A stretch of 64,000 nucleotides of DNA from the NCBI GenBank assembly GCA_022530585.1, contig CP092821.1:198222-262221 (forward strand), in the 5' to 3' direction. Both the position numbers and the translations under genes were made by a program. This document shows positions 15,654 to 22,748 of the stretch, piece by piece; the first letter of the stretch is position 1, and each line of letters starts with the position of its first letter. Under the pieces are notes generated by a model. The model saw only the letters and a program-made list of their open reading frames with translations. It ran no database searches and had not been told where the DNA came from. The DNA comes from Candidatus Nealsonbacteria bacterium DGGOD1a. Its GTDB lineage: Bacteria; Patescibacteriota; Minisyncoccia; Minisyncoccales; UBA5738.

Positions 15654-18509
15654 ATGATTAGACTTGGAAAAAATATAGGATTTGCCATTTTGATTTCCGT
15701 GCTTGCAATCGGCGGTTGTTGGCACTTTTTCAACTTTCAAAATGATTCCTTGGTTGAGGCTGACAGCTTGCAGGGTTGCGCCAGCGGTGAAGCCTGCCCT
15801 TCAGGTACGGCTTGCAACAATACGGTCTGTTGCCCGTCCGGTTATTGCGGTTGGGGCGATAATGTTTATTTTGTCCGCGAATGCGTTGCCAGCGGCCAAA
15901 TTCGAGAAAATTCCTGGGCGAGTTTGATTTGCCGTTCCGGGATATGGAAAGTGCGGTTGAATGGCTGGGGTTGCAATAATTCGGCTTGGGGCGGTTGCGA
16001 TGAGGGATGGTGCCAAACTTTCGGCGATGCCGGTTTTTGCCGAAGTTGCGCTTTTGACTCTGGCTTGGCTCAAGGTTGTGCCAACGGTGAAGCATGTCCT
16101 TCGGGAACTTTATGCAATAATACGGTTTGCTGCCCTTCGGGTACTTGCGGTTATGGAGACGGCCTTGTTTTTGGTCGCCAATGCGTGGCTAGCGGCGAAA
16201 TAAGAGAAAATCTTTGGGGCCGGCAGATATGCCGCAACGGGGTTTGGAAGACCTTGGTGGGCGGCTGGGGTTGTGATCTTTTTGGGGAGTGCGAATCCGG
16301 AAGTTGCCAAAAGATTGGCGGTTACCATTATTGCATATCTTCCTTGCCGTTTTCTTCCGCGTACACTTCAACCGCTTACAATACGGGAATGTATTGCCAG
16401 GGGACTTGCCGTACTTGCGCGTCAGAGGGCAATGTTTGCGGCAATATGAGCGATAATTGCGGCGGTACGATTTATTGCGGCGATTGTTCTTCCGGCCAAA
16501 CTTGCGCTTCCGGCCAATGCGTTTCTAGTTGTGTCAATGATTGTTCTTCCAGCGGCGCCAAGCAATGCGGCGGCAACGGTGTCCAAACCTGCGGCAATTA
16601 CGATGCCGACAGCTGTTTGGAATGGAGTGCGGCGGTTGCCTGTTCTTCGGGACAAATCTGTGCGTCCGGCCAATGCGTTTCTAGTTGTGTCAATGATTGT
16701 TCTTCCAGCGGCGCCAAGCAATGCGGCGGCAACGGTGTCCAAACCTGCGGCAATTACGATGCCGACAGCTGTTTGGAATGGAGCGCGGCGGTTGCCTGTT
16801 CTTCGGGACAAATCTGTGCGTCCGGCGTTTGCGTTGCCAGTAGCGACGATTGTACCGCCGAGTATTCCAAAAAATGTTATAACGGCAATGTTTATTGGTA
16901 TGATTCTTGCGGAGTTCGCGGCGATGTTTACCAGAATTGCGGTAATAGCGGGTCGACCTCAAATTATCAATGCGGCGGTAATTGGCTTCAGCAGGAAACC
17001 GTTGTTAGAGATTGCGCCGCCGGCGCGTGCACTCAAGATTCATCATGGAATAATGTTCAGGATTGCGCTTTGAGCGGCAAGATATGTAAAAATGGCGTTT
17101 GTATTGCCGCCTGTGTCAATGATTGTTCTTCTAGCGGCGCCAAGCAATGCGGCGGCAACGGTGTCCAAACCTGCGGCAATTACGATGCCGACAGCTGTTT
17201 GGAATGGAGCGCGGCGGTTGCCTGTTCTTCGGGACAAATCTGTGCGTCCGGCGTTTGCGGCGTTAAAGACGCGCTTGCGCCTGTAATTTCAGGTTTGGCG
17301 CCTTCGGGGAAAGCATACAATTCCAGCGTGGTTTTGGTTGCGACCACCAACGAGGCCGCGGATTGCCGTTATAGCTGGTATGATAGAAGTTTTGACCAGA
17401 TGACTTTACCGTTCAAAACTTCAAACAAGCTTTATCATTCGGCGCCGGTATCTTTGAGTTCTTACGGCAAGTACACTTATTATGTGCGTTGCAAAGACGC
17501 TTTCGGCAATGCCAATCAGATACCAAGCAAAATATCGTTTGATTATGTTTCGGCAACCGGTGCCGCCACTATTGCCGCGCCAAATATTCAAGCGTCTTCA
17601 ACTGTTTCATCCACCGCGGGTCTCGCGGATAAAACTCCGGCGGCGATTTCCGGTCTGGCGCCATCGGGCGCCATCACCAATGCCACGACCGTTATTTCTT
17701 GCGTTACCGGCGAAAAAGCGACTTGCAGGTACGATATTGCCGATACGGATTACGATTCGATGGAAAATACGATGGATACCGCCGCCGGCGTTCATCAGAG
17801 CAAAACAATAACATTGTCCAGTCCCGGAAATTACAATTACTATGTCCGTTGCAAAGACGCGGCGGGCAACAAGAACGCCGATTCGGTTAAAATCAATTTT
17901 GATTACGCGCCAGCTTCAAAAGTTCCGCCGGTAGTTTCCGAATTGCAACCTGCCAGCCCGGTTTATCAGAAAAGCGTAATGCTGACGGCGGTTACCGATA
18001 AGGCGGCTCAATGCCGCTGGTCAACCCGGGATCAGGATTTTGACGCGATGCCGGGACAATTTTCGGCAACCGATGGCCAAAACCAGCAAGCGATAGTGGA
18101 TTTAAACGATTACGGCCGATACGATTATTATGTGCGGTGCAAAGATGACGCGGGCGGCAAGGCCGCGGTTTCTTCGGTGATTAGTTTTGAATATAAAAAT
18201 CCGGAGCTGGAAGCCGCGGTTTTAAATGAAGTCGCCATTCCCGCTCAACAAGAACCTGTCGCTTGCGGAAAACCGGTTGCCGGCGCCAGCGACGGCGCTT
18301 GCAGCGCCGCGGTTGATTGTGTTTGCGATCCGGACTGCTCGGCCGGCGGCGGCGATGATCCTGATTGCGCCGCCGCGGCTGATAATTCAAGCGCCGCCGG
18401 CAATTTGTTGATTATCGCTATTCCGGTTGTCCTGATCGTTGTTGTCGTCGCGTTGATCGCGGCGGTGAAAAAAAGACGCGGCGGGGAAGACGGCGGCGAA
18501 GAAAACTAA
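15654..18509 (+). CDS. giant Cys-rich surface protein: shared N-terminal Cys modules, 52-aa Cys repeats, 3x Ig-like repeats, C-terminal TM anchor
   Basis: N-terminal signal/possible lipobox LAIGGC. Residues ~70-270 are near-identical to the 10824 protein. Four copies of C(V/x)NDCSSSGAKQCGGNGVQTCGNYDADSCLEWSAAVACSSGQICASG. Three repeats of SGLAPSG...CRY...Y.YYVRCKDxxGN. C-terminal LLIIAIPVVLIVVVVALIAAV-KKRRGGEDGGEEN. Confidence 0.75.
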   Translation: MIRLGKNIGFAILISVLAIGGCWHFFNFQNDSLVEADSLQGCASGEACPSGTACNNTVCCPSGYCGWGDNVYFVRECVASGQIRENSWASLICRSGIWKVRLNGWGCNNSAWGGCDEGWCQTFGDAGFCRSCAFDSGLAQGCANGEACPSGTLCNNTVCCPSGTCGYGDGLVFGRQCVASGEIRENLWGRQICRNGVWKTLVGGWGCDLFGECESGSCQKIGGYHYCISSLPFSSAYTSTAYNTGMYCQGTCRTCASEGNVCGNMSDNCGGTIYCGDCSSGQTCASGQCVSSCVNDCSSSGAKQCGGNGVQTCGNYDADSCLEWSAAVACSSGQICASGQCVSSCVNDCSSSGAKQCGGNGVQTCGNYDADSCLEWSAAVACSSGQICASGVCVASSDDCTAEYSKKCYNGNVYWYDSCGVRGDVYQNCGNSGSTSNYQCGGNWLQQETVVRDCAAGACTQDSSWNNVQDCALSGKICKNGVCIAACVNDCSSSGAKQCGGNGVQTCGNYDADSCLEWSAAVACSSGQICASGVCGVKDALAPVISGLAPSGKAYNSSVVLVATTNEAADCRYSWYDRSFDQMTLPFKTSNKLYHSAPVSLSSYGKYTYYVRCKDAFGNANQIPSKISFDYVSATGAATIAAPNIQASSTVSSTAGLADKTPAAISGLAPSGAITNATTVISCVTGEKATCRYDIADTDYDSMENTMDTAAGVHQSKTITLSSPGNYNYYVRCKDAAGNKNADSVKINFDYAPASKVPPVVSELQPASPVYQKSVMLTAVTDKAAQCRWSTRDQDFDAMPGQFSATDGQNQQAIVDLNDYGRYDYYVRCKDDAGGKAAVSSVISFEYKNPELEAAVLNEVAIPAQQEPVACGKPVAGASDGACSAAVDCVCDPDCSAGGGDDPDCAAAADNSSAAGNLLIIAIPVVLIVVVVALIAAVKKRRGGEDGGEEN
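16512..16823 (+). repeat. tandem 156-nt (52-codon) coding repeat, two near-identical units; third unit at 17112-17258
   Basis: ggccaatgcgtttctagttgtgtcaatgattgttcttccagcggcgccaagcaatgcggc... restarts at 16668. A related module lies in the 53119 gene. Confidence 0.85.
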
Positions 18510-18577
18510 AAAAAGATCCGTGTTTTTCAGGCGTTTGTTTTTGCCATACCCTCTTGCGAATGAGAGTTTGAGGTTTA

Positions 18578-18690
18578 TTCTTTTTATACCCCGTCGGCTT
18601 GCCGCGGGGGACAAAAAGAATGAGGATTCCAAAGGAAGCATCTTTTGGTTGATGGCGGGGTTAATACCCCGACATCAATGCATTTTTTAT
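18578..18690 (+). repeat. three-hairpin repeat element, copy B
   Basis: ttctttttataccccgtcggcttgccgcgggggacaaaaagaatgaggattccaaaggaagcatcttttggttgatggcggggttaataccccgacatcaatgcattttttat. Located between the giant protein gene and the SEDS gene. Confidence 0.6.
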
Positions 18691-18723
18691 TTTTGGCGCT
18701 TGTTGGTTTAATATGGAGGGTAT

Positions 18724-19842
18724 ATGAATTTTATAATTGCCCATTTTAAGCGGTTTGATTGGATTATGGCTTTCGCGGCTGTTTTTTTGGCGTCGATCGG
18801 CCTGTTGTCGCTTTATAGCAGTTCGCTTCATTCCGGAGATTTTACCAATTTCAATAAACAGCTGGTCTTTTTGGGGATCGGATTCGTTCTGATGCTGGCA
18901 ATGAGTTTTTTTGACTGGCGGATTTTTCGCGAAAATTCGGCGATTATTTTGGCGCTTTATTTTTTGTCGGTGGCGGCGCTGGCCGGGCTGTTTTTTTTCG
19001 GCTCGGACAACCGCGGCGTGCGGACTTGGTACGACCTTGGGTTGGTCACGCTTGATCCGATCGAGTTGTTGAAACCCGTACTTTTGATTTTGCTGGCGAA
19101 ATATTTTTCCAGCCGCCATGTGGCGATGTACCAGATCCGCCATACTTTGCTTACCGGAGCGTACATAGCTTTGCCCGCGGCGTTGATATTTTTTCAGCCG
19201 AATCTTGGGCCGTGTTTGGTGATTCTCGGCCTTTGGGTCGGGATGCTGGCGATTTCAGGAATAAAGTTGCGCCATTTTTTATTGTTATTTTTGGTTTTTT
19301 TGGTCACTTTCGTCCTTGGTTGGATGTTTTTGATGAAAGATTATCAGAAAGCGCGGCTGATGAGTTTCTTTGTTCCGTACGATCCGTTGGGGGTGTCGTG
19401 GAGCCAGAACCAGACCAAAATCGCGGTGGGAACCGGCGGGTTGCTGGGCAAGGGTATCGGCGGAGGATCGCAAACCCAGTATGGTTTTCTGTCTGAACCG
19501 CAAACGGATTTTATTTTTGCCGCGATCAGCGAAGAATTCGGCATTGTCGGGATAACCGTGCTGTTGTTGCTGCTGTTGGCGTTGATATGGCGCGTTACGC
19601 GCGCGGCGGCGCGGGCGCGGGATAATTTTTTTCGGCTTTTCGCGGCCGGTTTTGCGACTTTGTTGCTGGTTGAGGCGGCAATTCATATTGGCGTGAATAT
19701 CGGATTTTTACCGATTATCGGCCTGCCTTTGCCGCTGGTCAGCTATGGCGGTTCCAATCTCGTTGCCACTTTCGCGGCGCTGGGGATTGTTCAAGGAATA
19801 GTTTCTTGCTCCAAAACCGACATTGAAACGGAGAATCGATAA
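18724..19842 (+). CDS. SEDS-family peptidoglycan glycosyltransferase (RodA/FtsW)
   Basis: 372 aa with ~10 TM segments. Motifs GxxTWYxLG..LDPIELLKP, FQPNLGP, QTDFIFAAISEEFG and LPLVSYGGS. ggaggg lies 5 nt upstream of the ATG. Confidence 0.85.
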   Translation: MNFIIAHFKRFDWIMAFAAVFLASIGLLSLYSSSLHSGDFTNFNKQLVFLGIGFVLMLAMSFFDWRIFRENSAIILALYFLSVAALAGLFFFGSDNRGVRTWYDLGLVTLDPIELLKPVLLILLAKYFSSRHVAMYQIRHTLLTGAYIALPAALIFFQPNLGPCLVILGLWVGMLAISGIKLRHFLLLFLVFLVTFVLGWMFLMKDYQKARLMSFFVPYDPLGVSWSQNQTKIAVGTGGLLGKGIGGGSQTQYGFLSEPQTDFIFAAISEEFGIVGITVLLLLLLALIWRVTRAAARARDNFFRLFAAGFATLLLVEAAIHIGVNIGFLPIIGLPLPLVSYGGSNLVATFAALGIVQGIVSCSKTDIETENR

Positions 19843-19926
19843 GCAACGGGTTTTCCACAGGCCGTCGGGTTGTGTTTGTCGCCGACAAAGAATATAATAT
19901 CAATATCAGTGTTTTAAAAATACAAT

Positions 19927-22197
19927 ATGTTAAAAATTATTCCCAAAATCGTTGTTTATCTGGCTTTGTTTTTGATACCGTTGTTCACGCTGCCGTTCAC
20001 GGGAGACGCGCTTGATTTTCAGAAACAGTTTTTGCTGTTCACTCTTACCGGCGCGGGAATTTTCTTTTGGATATGGAATGTTCTAAGCGAAAAGAAGCTG
20101 GATATCAATCTTAATCCTTTGCATTTTTTCGCGGCCGGTTCCGTGGTCGTGATCTTGATTTCGAGCATCTTTTCCTTATATAGTTACGGGAGTTTGTGGG
20201 GCGCGCCTTTGCCGGTGGCGGAAAGTTTTGTCACGGCGTTGAGTTTTATATTTTTATATTTTTTGATCGTCAACAATTTTAAAAAGATCGAAACATATAA
20301 TTTAATCGCGGTTGCGACGATTTCGGCGACAATCGCGGCCATATACGGTATTTTGCAGGCGTGGGGGGTTTATTTGTTGCCGTTCTTGAGCTATACCAAA
20401 GAAGCCTCGTTCAATACGATCGGAACGGCCAACAGTCTGTCTCTTTACGCGGCGATAATCTTGGCGACGATTTTCCCGCTTTTGTTTGTCAAAAAAAATC
20501 CTTACCGGCGCTTAATGGCCGTTTGCACCGGATTTTTGTTTTTCGCGCTGGTGTTTTTCAACGGCGTTATCACTTACTTTTTCCCGGTAAAAGCCGGGAG
20601 CGGCGGCTATGAGCTTTCGTTGGCGCCGTGGATCGTGCTGGCGGTCAGCGGGTTGGCGACATTTGTTTTTTCCGTCAGCGATCAAAAATTTTTGACCAAA
20701 AATTCGCGCGCCAAGAGCGCTTCTTTCGCGGTGCTGTTTGTGGCGCTTTTGTTTCTTGTTTTCAATATTTTCGCCAAAGATATGGTTTTTGGAGTCCATG
20801 GATCGTCGATGAAGGCGATAAAAGCGCAAACGGCCGTGGAACTGGCGTTGGATTCGCGCGCCTCGACGGATATCGCGATCAATGTGTTAAAACAGTCTTC
20901 GCAGGTATTTTTTCTGGGGTCCGGTCCCGGAACTTTCATTTATGATTATGTAAAATTCAAACCCCAGGATTTAAACCAGGATAATTTCGCTTGGAATATA
21001 ACTTTCTTTGCCGGGTCTTCCGAGATGATCAATCGGCTCGCGACCACCGGATTGCTGGGCATAGTCGCTTTGCTGTTGATCGTGGTGTTCTGGACCATAG
21101 AAGCATTCCGCACGCTGACCGGGGAAGACGATGACGAAGGATTGCCGCTGGCGGTTTTTGGCGGTTGGCTGGCGATTGTGGTGGCAATGTTTTTCTATCC
21201 GTTCAATTTCAGCTTGGCAATGCTTTTTTGGGTGTTTATGGCAATGATTATTGTGATGGACGAAGAAAAGATGGTGTCGTTGCCGTTAAAATCGGTGCGG
21301 ATGAATTACGCGATAACTCTGACATTTGTCGCGATATTGGTGTTGGAGCTCGGATTGTTGGTTTGGACTTCAAGGCGCTATTACGCCGAAGCGGAATATC
21401 TGTCGGCGGTCAAAGCTTTGCAAAGCAACAACCTTGCCGGCGCCATCAAGAGTCTCGAATCGGCGGCCAATTCCACCGATCGCTTGCAGGACAATTATTT
21501 AACCGGATTATCGCAAATATATTTGGCGCAGGCGCGCGAAGAATTGAACAAGCAGGATGCCAAACCCGAGGACGCGATGAAAGCCGCTTCTCCCTATATC
21601 CAAACCGCGGTTAACGCGGCAATGTTAAGCACCGATACGGCCAATCCGAACAATTCGACTAATTGGGCGGCTCGGGGCTATATTTACCGCCAATTGGTCG
21701 GGATTAGCGACGGATTTGATATTTGGGCGATCAATATGTACCAAAAATCCATCAGTTTGGAACCGAACAATCCTTCGCTGTGGACCGAGCTCGGCCAGGT
21801 ATACATATTGAAAAAAGATTTGGACAAAGCCAAAGACAGTTTTAACCGGGCTATAATCCTGCGTCCGCAATATATTGATCCTCATTACTACTTGGCGTTG
21901 ATTCACGACCAGCAAAACAACAAAGAGGAGGCGATCAAAGAATTGGAAATCGTGGCTCAGCTTTTGCCCGCTACGGATCAAGCTTCGATCGATAATGTTT
22001 CCAAGGCCATTGAAAATTTGCGGCAAGGCAATTCGCTTGGCGGCCAGTCGGCCGATCAAACCGCGAACGGGTTTCAAGCGGAAACAATAGTCCCGCAGGA
22101 CGGTTCGGATTCCGCTTCGACCACTAATCCTGGAGCCGCGGGCGAGTCTGAATTCGTTCCTTTTGCGCCTTCCGGCGATAATCCGGTACAGCCGTAA
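19927..22197 (+). CDS. polytopic membrane protein (O-antigen ligase/Wzy-like) fused to C-terminal TPR repeats
   Basis: 756 aa. The N-terminal ~470 aa are a series of TM helices. The C-terminal ~250 aa show TPR-type periodicity (AEAEYLSAVKALQSNNLAGAI..., LEPNNPSLWTELGQVYILKKDLDKAKDSFNRAIILRPQY). The family assignment is tentative. Confidence 0.55.
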   Translation: MLKIIPKIVVYLALFLIPLFTLPFTGDALDFQKQFLLFTLTGAGIFFWIWNVLSEKKLDINLNPLHFFAAGSVVVILISSIFSLYSYGSLWGAPLPVAESFVTALSFIFLYFLIVNNFKKIETYNLIAVATISATIAAIYGILQAWGVYLLPFLSYTKEASFNTIGTANSLSLYAAIILATIFPLLFVKKNPYRRLMAVCTGFLFFALVFFNGVITYFFPVKAGSGGYELSLAPWIVLAVSGLATFVFSVSDQKFLTKNSRAKSASFAVLFVALLFLVFNIFAKDMVFGVHGSSMKAIKAQTAVELALDSRASTDIAINVLKQSSQVFFLGSGPGTFIYDYVKFKPQDLNQDNFAWNITFFAGSSEMINRLATTGLLGIVALLLIVVFWTIEAFRTLTGEDDDEGLPLAVFGGWLAIVVAMFFYPFNFSLAMLFWVFMAMIIVMDEEKMVSLPLKSVRMNYAITLTFVAILVLELGLLVWTSRRYYAEAEYLSAVKALQSNNLAGAIKSLESAANSTDRLQDNYLTGLSQIYLAQAREELNKQDAKPEDAMKAASPYIQTAVNAAMLSTDTANPNNSTNWAARGYIYRQLVGISDGFDIWAINMYQKSISLEPNNPSLWTELGQVYILKKDLDKAKDSFNRAIILRPQYIDPHYYLALIHDQQNNKEEAIKELEIVAQLLPATDQASIDNVSKAIENLRQGNSLGGQSADQTANGFQAETIVPQDGSDSASTTNPGAAGESEFVPFAPSGDNPVQP

Positions 22198-22211
22198 CCC
22201 AATCGCTCGCA

Positions 22212-22417
22212 GGGGATAGGCCCTTGCCGGCGAATCGCGGATGCAAAATTAAAGGGGCCAATCTTCGCATTAACGAGGGATATTGAAATCAGATTTAGAA
22301 ACCGCGCTAAAAGTGCGAAAATTAAGGAATCAAATGATTTCAATGATTCCCATCACCGGTGCGGGTTCATAGTGTGATGTGAATAGGCCCTTTAATTTTA
22401 GGTTTCGGCGAATGGCC
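22212..22417. repeat. nested-hairpin region containing degenerate arms of the GGGATAGACCC palindromic family
   Basis: Outer pairing is aaaattaaaggggcc (22247) with ggccctttaatttt (22386). Inner pairing is gggatattgaaatca (22277) with tgatttcaatgattccc (22335). The motifs gggataggccctt..ccggcgaatcg and attaacgagggata recur at 52840-52893. Confidence 0.45.
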
Positions 22418-22428
22418 ACGCGACAAAA

Positions 22429-22457
22429 TTGACAGATTTTGATTCATCTGCTAGAAT
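22429..22457 (+). promoter_or_regulatory. sigma70-like promoter (TTGACA-17-TAGAAT) upstream of rpoB
   Basis: ttgaca at 22429-22434, an exact 17-nt spacer, and tagaat at 22452-22457. It is ~290 nt upstream of the rpoB ATG. Confidence 0.45.
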
Positions 22458-22536
22458 TATAAGTTGTTGGAGCCCGATTGCGTCAGTTAATTAAATTTTC
22501 CGCCTTGATCGCAATTAATTCATAAATTTTGGACAA

Positions 22537-22577
22537 AAGCATACCCCGTAATTCAAGAGGGTATTTTTGCTTTTTTG
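22537..22577 (+). terminator. terminator/attenuator-like hairpin plus T-run within the rpoB leader
   Basis: ataccc-cgtaattcaaga-gggtat followed by ttttgctttttt, ~80-110 nt downstream of the predicted promoter. Confidence 0.4.
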
Positions 22578-22619
22578 TTGCGTCTTAGCCTCGTTTTTCT
22601 GTTTTTCAGTGGAATTTTA

Positions 22620-22748
22620 GTGAAAATTTAAAATTTAGAAATCAAAAATCAAAATGACAATGTAAAATTGAAAAATTATTCAATTCGATGATTCTCAATT
22701 TTAAAATGTAATTTTCAATTTTGATATTTTATTTTTTAATTTATTATT
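22620..22748. repeat. AT-rich palindromic intergenic module, P2 dialect
   Basis: gaaatcaaaaatcaaaatgacaatgtaaaattgaaaaatta ... aaaatgtaattttcaattttgatatttt, ending at the rpoB start codon. Confidence 0.55.

Noticed and set aside
10962-16371. Pairs of identical alternative-frame and antisense ORFs (e.g. 11119-11361 = 15961-16203, 11268-11486 = 16110-16328)
   Set aside because: Their duplication simply mirrors the 590-nt duplicated DNA block inside the two Cys-rich genes. The sense frame has coherent Cys spacing and a signal peptide, whereas these frames do not.
11029-16462. Diversity-generating retroelement (template/variable repeat) as the explanation for the near-identical blocks
   Set aside because: No reverse transcriptase gene is in the window. 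The few differences I can see (g/c, g/a, t/c) are not restricted to adenine positions of one copy. The repeat (590 nt) is much longer than typical TR/VR pairs.
18520-18711. 63-aa and 84-aa ORFs over three-hairpin element copy B (and 8316-8592 ORFs over copies A/D)
   Set aside because: They are created by the repeat element itself. The corresponding frames are not conserved between element copies.
22074-22343. 89-aa minus-strand ORF spanning the end of the TPR gene and the structured spacer
   Set aside because: It overlaps the 3' end of a supported gene and a repeat/hairpin region. It has no motif and is most likely spurious.
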